A stretch of 64,000 bases of DNA from Deltaproteobacteria bacterium. GTDB lineage: Bacteria > Desulfobacterota > Syntrophia > Syntrophales > Smithellaceae. Location of the stretch: the NCBI GenBank assembly GCA_022710585.1, contig JAKLGV010000005.1, forward strand, positions 4,053 to 68,052. The letters run 5' to 3'. Of the stretch, positions 18,797-28,362 are shown piece after piece. Numbering within the stretch: position 1 is the first letter of the stretch; the number at the start of each line of letters is the position of its first letter. Position numbers and translations under genes: made by a program. The notes under the pieces are model-generated. The model was not told the DNA's origin, ran no database searches, and saw nothing but the letters and a program-made list of their open reading frames with translations.

Positions 18797-19948
18797 TTGT
18801 TGATCAATCCCTGTCCCAAACATAAACTGATTCGTGATTCCGTGAGAAGTTTTGCGGAAACAGAACTTGCCCCCATTGCTGCTGAGATAGATCGCAAGGC
18901 CGTTTTCCCTCGTGAGATTATCGAAAAAATGAGACCGCTGAATTTCTTCGGTCTTCAAGCTCCCCGTGAATTCGGCGGAGCCGCTTTGGATTCCGTCAGC
19001 GCGGCCATTGTTGTGGAAGAGCTTTCCCGGGTTTGTGCCGCCATCGGCTTATGTGTCACCGTCCACAACGGCGTCGCCCTATATCCTTTTATGAAGTTTG
19101 CCGGCAAGGATCAAAAAAATGAATATCTGCCCAAATTGACCAGCGGTGAATTTATCGGAGCTTTCAGTTTGACCGAGGCCAATGCCGGTTCCGATTCCGC
19201 CAGCGTTGAAACAACGGCGGTAAAAAGAAATAATGAATACGTTTTAAACGGCACGAAGATATTTGTCACCAACGGCGGCGTCTGTGATATCGCCTTGATT
19301 TTTGCCCTAACCGGTTTTGAGCCGGGCAAACCGCAGAGCAGCGTTTTTATTGTGGAAAGCAAATCTCCCGGATTTTTGCGCGGCGAGCTGGAGGATCTTT
19401 GCGGCATGCGCGCCAATCCGGTGTCGTCGCTCTTTCTGGAAGATTGTTGTGTTCCTGAACAAAATGTGCTGGGCAACATCGGCGACGGGATGAAAATTGG
19501 CTTGGCCACACTGGACAACGGCCGCATCGGTGTTGCCGCCCAGGCGCTGGGCATCGCCCAGGGGGCATATGAAGCGGCGGTCAAATATGCCAAAGAAAGA
19601 CAGCAGTTTAAAAAACCCATTGCCTCGCTGCAGACCATTCAGAATTATATTGCCGATATGGCTACTGAAATCACGGCGGGGCGCCTGCTTTTATATCGGG
19701 CCTGCTCGCTCAAAGATGGAGGCGCCCCTTTTGGATGCGAAGCTTCGATGGCAAAACTTTATTGCAGTACCGTTGCTTCCAAAGTTACTTCACTTGCTGT
19801 GCAGATACATGGCGGGTACGGATACAGCAAGGAATACGATGTCGAACGATATTTCCGCGACGCGAAAGTCACGGAAATTTATGAAGGCACCAGCGAAATT
19901 CAGCGAATGGTTATTGCACGCACCATACTGTCTCAATTAACTTTTTAG
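18797..19948 (+). CDS. Acyl-CoA dehydrogenase (short/medium-chain type)
   Basis: TEANAGSD, a C-terminal YEGTSEIQ catalytic Glu context, 383 aa. TTG start. Confidence 0.9.
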   Translation: MLINPCPKHKLIRDSVRSFAETELAPIAAEIDRKAVFPREIIEKMRPLNFFGLQAPREFGGAALDSVSAAIVVEELSRVCAAIGLCVTVHNGVALYPFMKFAGKDQKNEYLPKLTSGEFIGAFSLTEANAGSDSASVETTAVKRNNEYVLNGTKIFVTNGGVCDIALIFALTGFEPGKPQSSVFIVESKSPGFLRGELEDLCGMRANPVSSLFLEDCCVPEQNVLGNIGDGMKIGLATLDNGRIGVAAQALGIAQGAYEAAVKYAKERQQFKKPIASLQTIQNYIADMATEITAGRLLLYRACSLKDGGAPFGCEASMAKLYCSTVASKVTSLAVQIHGGYGYSKEYDVERYFRDAKVTEIYEGTSEIQRMVIARTILSQLTF

Positions 19949-19951
19949 GAT

Positions 19952-20791
19952 ATGATTTTGAAACTGGTCGTTTGCATAAAACAGGTTCCCAAAGTTACAG
20001 AGCTCCCGTGGGATGAAAAGACAGGCACCCTGCGGCGCGATCTTGCTTCGGGGATGATGAATCCGGCATGCAAGCATGCGCTGGAAGCTGCCCTGCAAAT
20101 CAAGGAAAACCATAACGCAAGCATTACCGTAATCACCATGGGACCACCCGCCGCTGAAGAAATGCTGCGTGAGGCGCTGGCCATGGGCGCCGATGAAGCC
20201 ATCCTGATTTGCGACTGGCTGCTGGCCGGCTCGGATACGTTTGCCACCTCGCTCGTCTTGAAAGAAGCGATAAAAAAGCAATGTCCGAAATTCGATTTGA
20301 TTTTGTGCGGGGCCTATACGGCGGACAGCGAAACGGCCCAGGTCGGCCCGCAACTGGCGGAAGAACTTGATTTGCCCGCCGCAGCGTATGTCGAAAAAAT
20401 GGAAATTACGGGAAAAACCTTGCGTGTCCGCCGGCTGGTGGATAATTTCCGTGAAACGCTGGAAATGGAATTTCCGGCTCTGGTGACTGTTTCCATGGAA
20501 AATTACAAACCGCGCTACACCAGCTTGGCCGGTCTGGAAAACGCCTTTGACCAAAAAGATGTTTCAGTTCTGGACGCGAAATCTCTGGGGCTCAGTTCTT
20601 CCTCCATTGAACAAAAAGGTTCACGCACCCGGGTGCGGAAAGTCTTCCTGAGAAAAGCGCAAAAAGGGAATGTGGTTTTACAGGGCGCAGCGTCCAATGT
20701 CGTCCATGAATTTTTGGACAGGTATCAAAGAAAAATCGGCACAGTAATCGGCAAATCCATTGAAGAAAAAAAACAGCATGACGACAAATAG
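19952..20791 (+). CDS. etfB: Electron transfer flavoprotein beta subunit
   Basis: MILKLVVCIKQVP N terminus and EtfB-type length. Confidence 0.9.
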   Translation: MILKLVVCIKQVPKVTELPWDEKTGTLRRDLASGMMNPACKHALEAALQIKENHNASITVITMGPPAAEEMLREALAMGADEAILICDWLLAGSDTFATSLVLKEAIKKQCPKFDLILCGAYTADSETAQVGPQLAEELDLPAAAYVEKMEITGKTLRVRRLVDNFRETLEMEFPALVTVSMENYKPRYTSLAGLENAFDQKDVSVLDAKSLGLSSSSIEQKGSRTRVRKVFLRKAQKGNVVLQGAASNVVHEFLDRYQRKIGTVIGKSIEEKKQHDDK

Positions 20792-21782
20792 ACGAAAAAG
20801 CATCTGGGTATTCGGCGATTACCGCAATTATTATCAAAATCGGGTCACCCTGCAATTGATCGCCCGGGCGGTGGCGCTGGCCAAAACGATTAACGCGGAA
20901 GTGTGCGCGTTGATTTTCGGTCACGAAATTGATGAGTGGATTATGGAATACACCGCTCACGGCGCCGATCGGATTCTCGCAATTGATGATCCCGCGCTGA
21001 AAAGCTACAGCACGGAAAAGTATCTGGCCATTATTGAAAGACTCGCCAGGGAGAGAGATCCGGAAATAATTCTGATCGGCGCGACAGATTTCGGCCGCGA
21101 ATTTGCGCCCCGTCTGGCCAAACGTTTAAAGACAGGCTTGTCCGCCGATTGCGTCGGACTGGATATTACCGAAGACGGCTTGCTGCTGCAGATCGCCCCT
21201 TCCTTTGGCGGCAATATGCTCGCGGAAATCGTCACGGAGTTTCATCGTCCTCAAATGGCGACTGTGCGCCCGGGAACCTTCAAGGAAATTCCACATGATT
21301 ATGAGAGGACCGCCATTGTTGAGAGGCTGCCCTTGATGAAGGGCTTGCCCAAACCCCGCGTTCGTCTTATTGAATATGAACGCTCCGTCGAGAAAGAACA
21401 TACGATCGAAAACGCTTCAGTCATCGTTTGCGGCGGTCGCGGCATGGGCAACAAGGAAAAATTCAAAAAGCTTCAGGAACTGGCCAGACTGCTGGGCGGT
21501 GATGTCGGCGCTACCCGGCCGGTGGTTTATGCCGGATGGGCTGAACATAACGTGCTGGTGGGTCAGGCCGGAAAACACATCAAACCGAAAATTCTTTTTT
21601 CCTTTGGCATCAGCGGCGCGATTCAACACACAGCGGGATTGGGTGAAGCGGATTTCATCGTGGCCATCAATAAAAATCCTCAGGCAACCATGCTGAAGAT
21701 GGCCGACGTAGCAATTGTCGGTGACGCCAGCGACGTTGTCAATAATTTAATCAAGGAACTTAAAAAACGCATCAGAGAATAA
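20778..21782 (+). CDS. etfA: Electron transfer flavoprotein alpha subunit
   Basis: GISGAIQHTAG FAD motif. The ATG at 20778 is preferred over the track TTG at 20760. Confidence 0.9.
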   Translation: MTTNRRKSIWVFGDYRNYYQNRVTLQLIARAVALAKTINAEVCALIFGHEIDEWIMEYTAHGADRILAIDDPALKSYSTEKYLAIIERLARERDPEIILIGATDFGREFAPRLAKRLKTGLSADCVGLDITEDGLLLQIAPSFGGNMLAEIVTEFHRPQMATVRPGTFKEIPHDYERTAIVERLPLMKGLPKPRVRLIEYERSVEKEHTIENASVIVCGGRGMGNKEKFKKLQELARLLGGDVGATRPVVYAGWAEHNVLVGQAGKHIKPKILFSFGISGAIQHTAGLGEADFIVAINKNPQATMLKMADVAIVGDASDVVNNLIKELKKRIRE

Positions 21783-21800
21783 ATTTTGAAGGAGTTATTT

Positions 21801-22913
21801 ATGATTAAATCAAGACTTTGCGACATGACCGGAATCAAGTATCCCATCATTCAGGCGGGGATGGGTCCCTTCAGCAACAACAACCTCGGCGTAGCCGCGG
21901 CCAACGCCGGTGTGCTGGGCTTATTCTCCACCAGCGGACTCTGCAATAAGGATTTTCTGCCGTTTATTTACAATGACTGGATCAAGAGTGCCGAGGCGAA
22001 TCCGGATGATGACATTCCCACCGCAATTGAAAAACTGCTCAAAAGAAGCTATCGATTGACCAAAGACACAAACGGAGTGTTCGGAATCAATGTCATGGTA
22101 TCCGCCGAACTGCTTTTCCAGGCCGAGCTGATTATCAATACGGCCATTCAGGTGGTGAAAGCCAATCCGGGCATGGAAAAAAACTTCAAGGTTATCTTCA
22201 CTTCCGCGGGTGATCCGGTGCCCTGGAAAGAGAGAATTAAAGGCGCGGGTTTTACCTGGATGCATGTCGTGCCGTCCGTCAAGGGTGCGCTGCGCTGCAA
22301 GAAAGCAGGCGTCGATGTCATCGTCGCTTCGGGACACGAGGGAGGCTTTCATACATCCTGGGAACCGGTTCACTCGATGATTCTGCTTCCTGCTGTTGTG
22401 GAAGCGGTTTCCGATGCCAAGACCCTGGTTTGCGGAGCCGGTGGCTTCTGCGACGGTAAAACCCTGGCTGCGGCTCTCGTGCTTGGTGCTGACGGCGTCC
22501 AGATGGGCACCCGATTCCTCGCCACGCAGGAAAGTGATTTTCCCCAGATTTGGAGACAGGGCGTTGTCGATGCGGGTGACAGAGGAACTCTGGTTGCCAG
22601 AGGTTTTGTCGGGCCGGCACGCTGGATTAAAAATCCGCGCAGTGAAGAACACGCTAAAAATACACTGCAGAAATCACCCGGATGTTATCTGGGAACACCG
22701 GATGATATGCTGTCGATCGACTTCAAATTAATAGAGTTTGAGATGGAATCCATGCAGGCCGCCTATGACGGCAACAAGGAGAAGGCACTGCTGGCAGCCG
22801 GTGAAGCGGCTCAGCGCATCAGCGACATGCCCAAAGTCAGCGACATGGTGCAGGGGATGATGAAGGAGACGGAAGACATTCTAAAAAGCGTGCAGACAAA
22901 GATGCTCGGGTAG
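21801..22913 (+). CDS. Nitronate monooxygenase / FabK-like FMN enoyl reductase family protein
   Basis: IIQAGMGP, GHEGGFH and VQMGTRFL motifs. GAAGGAG RBS precedes the ATG at 21801. Confidence 0.8.
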   Translation: MIKSRLCDMTGIKYPIIQAGMGPFSNNNLGVAAANAGVLGLFSTSGLCNKDFLPFIYNDWIKSAEANPDDDIPTAIEKLLKRSYRLTKDTNGVFGINVMVSAELLFQAELIINTAIQVVKANPGMEKNFKVIFTSAGDPVPWKERIKGAGFTWMHVVPSVKGALRCKKAGVDVIVASGHEGGFHTSWEPVHSMILLPAVVEAVSDAKTLVCGAGGFCDGKTLAAALVLGADGVQMGTRFLATQESDFPQIWRQGVVDAGDRGTLVARGFVGPARWIKNPRSEEHAKNTLQKSPGCYLGTPDDMLSIDFKLIEFEMESMQAAYDGNKEKALLAAGEAAQRISDMPKVSDMVQGMMKETEDILKSVQTKMLG

Positions 22914-23020
22914 CACCAATTCTAAATCAAAGGGAACCCCGGCGAAGGCCGGGCGCGCCTTGCATCTAAGCATCCCGTATCAAGTACGGGACAAGCTTTT
23001 GACAGATCCTAAATAGATAT

Positions 23021-23080
23021 GTAGGGGCTGTTCCCCGAACAGCCCGCAATATTCGGCGCGTTCAGGGGAACGCGCCCTAC
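23021..23080. repeat. REP-like double-hairpin element, copy B
   Basis: GTAGG...CCTAC frame with hairpins gggctgttc-ccc-gaacagccc and ggcgcgttc-aggg-gaacgcgcc. Same orientation and layout as 1217-1272. Confidence 0.6.
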
Positions 23081-23118
23081 TTTGTTTTAGAAATGGTATA
23101 AGGTTGAATAAATTAAAA

Positions 23119-23150
23119 CAAAAAGCCGGAGACCAACTCCGGCTTTTTTT
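23119..23150. terminator. Bidirectional intrinsic terminator
   Basis: agccggag-accaa-ctccggct stem-loop with a preceding A-run and a following T7 run, between convergent genes. Confidence 0.75.
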
Positions 23151-23206
23151 AATGAAAACGAAGAAATAAGCCGAAGTGGCGCGATCGGCTCGAAAACCTT
23201 AGCCTT

Positions 23207-23635
23207 TTATAATTCTTTAGCAAGCTTTTTTAAGGCATCATTACGATTTGTTATGAATTCTATGTCTGGTGCATTTTCAATTGAGATAGGCGACTTATAG
23301 GCTTTCTCCCAAGCCTTAAAGGCATCATTTGTAAAGAAACATTCAATTAAAGATCCTACGGTAATGCACAATTCAAATGTTTGTGGTCGAGCTTCAACAC
23401 TCCGCATTTTCCCTTTATATGATGCCTTGTCTAATTGCAAAGCGGCATCTAGTGCATCTGTTTCTAACATACTTAATGCACGTACAGCATCACGAAAGAT
23501 TGAGTTTTTAAATTCAATATTTCGCTGTCGCTTCCAAATGAACGTATGCTTAAGCCAAGATACGATAAACGGCGAAATTATTCCTGAAACAATCCCTGCT
23601 GGAATTGCAACTGAAACAACAAGCGTGAAATCCAT
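23207..23635 (-). CDS. Hypothetical small membrane-anchored protein (one N-terminal TM)
   Basis: 142-aa ORF with an N-terminal hydrophobic helix (VVSVAIPAGIVSGIISPFIVSWL). Very AT-rich. No family recognised. Confidence 0.5.
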   Translation of the reverse strand: MDFTLVVSVAIPAGIVSGIISPFIVSWLKHTFIWKRQRNIEFKNSIFRDAVRALSMLETDALDAALQLDKASYKGKMRSVEARPQTFELCITVGSLIECFFTNDAFKAWEKAYKSPISIENAPDIEFITNRNDALKKLAKEL

Positions 23636-23724
23636 TGCATATTCTCCCTTCTAACGAAAAGCTGAATCCGAGAAACTCAGCAGACTGCGATTCTCTCTGG
23701 TGCATCATAAACTATCAATATTAC

Positions 23725-24585
23725 TTAATAACGTTTACCAGTGGACAAATCTGTAAAGATTTGTGCGATTATATCAAAATCTCTGGTTGCATCAAAAATA
23801 ATCTTATTGCTAAATAAACCTAGACCGCCTTCGGAAAGTGCTACCTGATATGGATTTCTAGTAAGAGGTGTCGGACCAAAAACCTCCCATAAGTTAAGAA
23901 ACTTTGCTTTACTGTTTCCCAAAAGAATTCCATTTTTATCTCTAGCCGTTCTCAAATTAACTTTCTTCCCATCTTTGGTAACTGTTCCGTCTTCATATAT
24001 AAAAATATGATCATAATTCGTTAAGGCATCTACTTCTTTTGCTAATTCTTCTATTGAGCTACCTATATTTTTCATTCTCGCCTTAATCAACTGCAGTGAT
24101 CCAATTTCTTTAGCAATTGCATAATCTATGAATCCATTATTTCTTAATTGTGAAACGTAATATGCATATCGACTTTGAATTGTAAGTACTCGCAATACTT
24201 CATATGCTCTAGTAATCGCTTCTGCTTTTCTGACATAACGCCCGAAATCAGACACAGAGAAACCACCACCATCCTTAGTATGCGCACTCAAACTAATTGC
24301 GCTCGATCGCTGGAGACCTACTGTATCTGAAATTATTGAATAAAAATAAGTAAGACCAATAACATCATTGTATGAATATCTCTTGGATGAATTCATGAAA
24401 TATTCTTTGTTTAATAATATGTTATCTATATTAATTGGCAGGGCATTCTCAGCCGCACTAGCAAGACGACTATATCTAGAATCACTTTCCACGTTTGATC
24501 TGTTTTCAGTTAGCCATTCACCACAATGCTTACATTTCAGTGCGTCAGATTGAATATCTTCGGCACAAAACGGACACTTTTTCAT
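23725..24585 (-). CDS. Hypothetical protein with an N-terminal CPxC...CxxC zinc ribbon
   Basis: MKKCPFCAEDIQSDALKCKHCGEWL. TAGGAGG RBS lies 5 nt upstream of the ATG at 24585, so the track start at 24621 is an over-extension. The remainder is unrecognised. Confidence 0.55.
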   Translation of the reverse strand: MKKCPFCAEDIQSDALKCKHCGEWLTENRSNVESDSRYSRLASAAENALPINIDNILLNKEYFMNSSKRYSYNDVIGLTYFYSIISDTVGLQRSSAISLSAHTKDGGGFSVSDFGRYVRKAEAITRAYEVLRVLTIQSRYAYYVSQLRNNGFIDYAIAKEIGSLQLIKARMKNIGSSIEELAKEVDALTNYDHIFIYEDGTVTKDGKKVNLRTARDKNGILLGNSKAKFLNLWEVFGPTPLTRNPYQVALSEGGLGLFSNKIIFDATRDFDIIAQIFTDLSTGKRY

Positions 24586-24737
24586 ACGACCTCCTAACAT
24601 TTTATCCTGACGATGAAACAATTAGTGCCAAAATTGTTTATCTGTATTTTGTATAACAACTTCTATTAAAAATATTGAGAATTAATGTTTGTTTCCTAGC
24701 ATAAAAATAATAATTTGGAAAACAAGAAACAGGCCCA

Positions 24738-25499
24738 CTATTCAGGGGACGAAGTTCTGAAGTAACGAACGCCAAGGAACATAATAATGCAAGCAAATAT
24801 CATACGCAGGGTGTTATTGGAAATGAGATGGGCGAGGTTTCCGCCAAGATATGTGCCTACAATGATTCCGGGGATCAGCCCCCAGAGGATTGTTTTTTCA
24901 ACATTGCCCATCTTCCAGTGAGTGAAGGCGCCGATGGCGCCTGCGGGAACCATCACCAGAAGCGATGTTCCCTGAGCCAAATGCTGGGTGAAGCCGGTCA
25001 GGATCACCATGACAGGAATCATAATTGTGCCGCCGCCGATTCCCATCATGCCGGAGAGAAATCCGGTGAAGGTTCCTGTTATCAAAAGGATAATTATTTT
25101 TGCATAACCTGGGACAGTGCCGATAAAATTGGTCAGGTACGGTTTTAACAATAAAAGAACCGAGCAAAAAATAAGAAAAGCACCGAAATATTTTTTCAGT
25201 TTTGCTTCCGTCAGAACATTACAGTAGCGTGCACCAATCGGCGAGGTAATGACTGCTGTCAAAGCCAGAAGCGTGGCTGCCGTAAAATCAATCGCACCAT
25301 TTAAAGCGTAGGTTACTGCTCCTCCGATCCCCGTAAAAACCAGTGCCAGCAGGCTGGTGCCGTGAGCCTTGAGTTGGCTTAGTTTCAAAACTTCGACCAT
25401 CAGTGGAATCATAATCAATCCACCGCCAATGCCCAGGATGCCGCCGAATGCTCCGGTGATCAGTCCGATGATCAAGCTAGTGATGATTGTTGTTGCCAT
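24738..25499 (-). CDS. TauE/SafE family sulfite/anion exporter
   Basis: Two-fold repeated 4-TM architecture with the GGG.I.IP motif twice. Confidence 0.85.
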   Translation of the reverse strand: MATTIITSLIIGLITGAFGGILGIGGGLIMIPLMVEVLKLSQLKAHGTSLLALVFTGIGGAVTYALNGAIDFTAATLLALTAVITSPIGARYCNVLTEAKLKKYFGAFLIFCSVLLLLKPYLTNFIGTVPGYAKIIILLITGTFTGFLSGMMGIGGGTIMIPVMVILTGFTQHLAQGTSLLVMVPAGAIGAFTHWKMGNVEKTILWGLIPGIIVGTYLGGNLAHLISNNTLRMIFACIIMFLGVRYFRTSSPE

Positions 25500-26871
25500 G
25501 CATTTTTCCCCGTGCCAGCGATGCGAAAATTCCTCCCAAACAGAGAACGCTCAGAATGGAAAAAATAAGTTTGGTGCTTTTCAGAAAAAGGTGGTGGTTC
25601 GCCGGAGAAATCGGGTGGTTTCCCAGAATAATGGCAAAGACCAGCATCGTGATGCCCATGCTGAACATCTGGCCGGTCAGTCTCATTGTCCCGAGCGTAG
25701 CTGATGCTATGCCGTAATATTTAGTTTCGACAGAACTCATGGTGGCATTGACATTGGGTGAGGAAAAAAGCGCGAAACCGACTCCCAGCAAAATCAGGCA
25801 AAATAAAACGTAATTGACGCGTGTTGAGCTGTTCAAAAAAATCAAAAGGATCAGGCCAATGACGGTCATCAACATACCGATGGAAGCAATGATTTGTGGT
25901 TCAAAACGGTCCGAAAGTCTTCCTGCAAAAGGGGAAATGAATGCCTGAACGGCCGGCGCGGCAATAAGAACCGATCCCGCCTCGGCCGGCGTCAGAACTT
26001 TGATGTTTTGCAGATAAAGGCTCAGCAGAAAATTAATCACAAAAGTGGCGCTGTAATTAATCAGAGCGGCCAGATTGGAAAAAGCAAAGACCTTGTTTTT
26101 TACAAACAAATTGATATCAACCAACGGGAAGGGGCTTTTGAGTTGCTGAAAAACAAATAACACCAGAAAAATTATGCCGGTGCCGATTAAGAAAGCCGCA
26201 TTCAATGACGGCAGTTCGGAGAAACCGAACATAATGGAAAAAAGGGCAATGGCGTAAATAATAGAGCCGGTTAAATCGAATCCTTCATCTTCATGAGCAG
26301 ATACTTCTGATTCAATCTTTGATAAAGTAATATAAACAATCGTGGCTCCCAGAAAAACCGTAAAAAGAAATATGTATCGCCAGCCGAGATATTGCGTGAG
26401 CATTCCGCCGATAAAAGGTCCGACGGTTAAGCCTATATAAACGGCGGTGATATTAATTCCCAGTATCTTGCCGCGCTCTCCGGGCGGAAAAGCCGAAATG
26501 AGCATGGCCGTGCCGGTGCTGAAAATCATAGCCCCCCCGATACCCTGAATAGCGCGGGCGGCAATTAAAAAAGATTGCGTCGGCGACATGATACAAAACG
26601 AAGACGCCAAAGTAAAAATCATGGCGCCATAAATAAACATTCTTCTGCGTCCGTAAATATCAGCCAGGCGCCCCAGAGGAATCAGGGTGATGGCGGCCGT
26701 CAGAATGAAAGACGTTGCCACCCAACTGAGCCCCATGGCGGTCATGGACAATTCTTTGGCAATCGCAGGCAGGGCCACATTCACCGCGGAGCCCATAAAC
26801 GGCGTCAGGAAAGAACTGAGCGTTGTGACAAGCAGGACAGATAGTTGTTTTTTATTGGAAATGATTGCCAT
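25477..26871 (-). CDS. MFS transporter, DHA2 (14-TM, EmrB/QacA-like) type
   Basis: LGRLADIYGRRR motif A, 464 aa, about 14 hydrophobic segments. Confidence 0.85.
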   Translation of the reverse strand: MAIISNKKQLSVLLVTTLSSFLTPFMGSAVNVALPAIAKELSMTAMGLSWVATSFILTAAITLIPLGRLADIYGRRRMFIYGAMIFTLASSFCIMSPTQSFLIAARAIQGIGGAMIFSTGTAMLISAFPPGERGKILGINITAVYIGLTVGPFIGGMLTQYLGWRYIFLFTVFLGATIVYITLSKIESEVSAHEDEGFDLTGSIIYAIALFSIMFGFSELPSLNAAFLIGTGIIFLVLFVFQQLKSPFPLVDINLFVKNKVFAFSNLAALINYSATFVINFLLSLYLQNIKVLTPAEAGSVLIAAPAVQAFISPFAGRLSDRFEPQIIASIGMLMTVIGLILLIFLNSSTRVNYVLFCLILLGVGFALFSSPNVNATMSSVETKYYGIASATLGTMRLTGQMFSMGITMLVFAIILGNHPISPANHHLFLKSTKLIFSILSVLCLGGIFASLARGKMHGNNNHH

Positions 26872-26886
26872 TGAACCATTAAACGT

Positions 26887-28353
26887 CTAATCATTTAGCG
26901 GAAAATGTTTTTTGAAAAGTTCGGGAAAATAATCCTTGCCGCAGGCCATCATCAACGTGAGGGGCATAACTTTCTTTGCCTGCTTGAGCATTTTTTCTGT
27001 CAGGTCGCGGATATCCCACTGGGCGTGGGCGTCGGCGCGCAGGCGTGCCAGATGATACATTTCACGGGCGTTGAATTTCATCAAAACCCGTTTGCGGTGG
27101 GCGTTGGTCAAAACATAGGCGGCAGCCAGCGGCGCTTTTTGCCGGATTTGTTCGTAGGCGTTTTCTGTAAGTTTCATTATTTTCATGAATTTTTTCTGTT
27201 CGCCAACGGCCCGGATGGAAGGCGGAACCGTTACACCCAATTGCGGATTGTACTCCTGGGCGATAATGGTGGACATGCGATGCCGCTTTAACTGGGCGAA
27301 GCAGCTGGAACTTAAGATCAGTTCAAACTGCAAATCAACATTTTCCATTTCCCGCAATACCGCGTCGTGCGTCTGTAAATTCGCGAAGGCCGTTTTCATG
27401 AAAGACTTTTTTGTCGGCGCAGTCATTTTATCGGCCATGTTCAGACACATAGCATAAGGTATGTCGGATGAAGAGAACAGTAAAGCGGCGGCAATACGGT
27501 TATCGGCGTCGGGCGATGCATACGTCAGTTGCACATCGGATAATTTTTCGGAGCCGGTGTCGAATTCTTCCGACAAATCGACACACTGACGACGCAAATC
27601 TTTTCTGGTGAATTTATCGTAGTCCGTCGCCTGGGTGTACCGGATCAGAGAAGGCGCGATTTCTTTTGTCGCCGCGTAAAGCTGTTCACTGTATTCACGC
27701 GCCTCGGCCAGCGGCAGTGCGGCCAGTCGTCTGAGCATCAGCTCCAGATTGCGCGCGTTAATGGTCATCCCCAGTTGCGTTTGTGTGGCCATGGAGATTG
27801 CGTAGCGTGCATCTTCTTTGGCCCAGCCTTCCAGCATCGATTTGTTGGCCGGATTGGCGGCGAGTCCGTTATATTTATCAAGGATATAAGGCCTGAGCTT
27901 TTCATAGAGTTCATGATAATATTCATTTTGTGCGTCAACGGTGGAAGCAAACAAATCAGTCAGACGGACCTTTTTGATTTCTTCAGGCGTGACAAAGTCC
28001 TTGTTGAAAAGAACATAGCGCTGTGATTTTTCCGTGAAGGAACACAGACGGAACTTTTCAATTTCTTCAACCAGCAGACGGGAAACGCCTATGACGTCAA
28101 TATTAAAGACGGCATGTTCAGCTACCGAGCTGTGCCCCATTTCAAAAACAATGTTGCGATTGGATTGGCGCGCCTTGTCCACTTCCTCGCGGGCGATTTC
28201 ACGCAGTTCGTTGACGGGTTTGGGGCTGCGGCTGATGCGCGCGTAGGCGGCAGAAATGGTTTCGGGTGTTAAATCCTGCCTAAATCCGCTTTTATCTTTC
28301 AACTCACGTAAAAGGTCGCAATCCAGATTGTAGCCGGCAAGAAGAATTTTCAT
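26887..28353 (-). CDS. thyX: Flavin-dependent thymidylate synthase ThyX, tandem two-domain form
   Basis: N-half has HSSVAEHA...SFTEKSQRY. C-half has KRHRMS and NAREMYHLARLR. It is about twice the canonical ThyX length. Confidence 0.8.
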   Translation of the reverse strand: MKILLAGYNLDCDLLRELKDKSGFRQDLTPETISAAYARISRSPKPVNELREIAREEVDKARQSNRNIVFEMGHSSVAEHAVFNIDVIGVSRLLVEEIEKFRLCSFTEKSQRYVLFNKDFVTPEEIKKVRLTDLFASTVDAQNEYYHELYEKLRPYILDKYNGLAANPANKSMLEGWAKEDARYAISMATQTQLGMTINARNLELMLRRLAALPLAEAREYSEQLYAATKEIAPSLIRYTQATDYDKFTRKDLRRQCVDLSEEFDTGSEKLSDVQLTYASPDADNRIAAALLFSSSDIPYAMCLNMADKMTAPTKKSFMKTAFANLQTHDAVLREMENVDLQFELILSSSCFAQLKRHRMSTIIAQEYNPQLGVTVPPSIRAVGEQKKFMKIMKLTENAYEQIRQKAPLAAAYVLTNAHRKRVLMKFNAREMYHLARLRADAHAQWDIRDLTEKMLKQAKKVMPLTLMMACGKDYFPELFKKHFPLND

Positions 28354-28362
28354 GATATTGAC

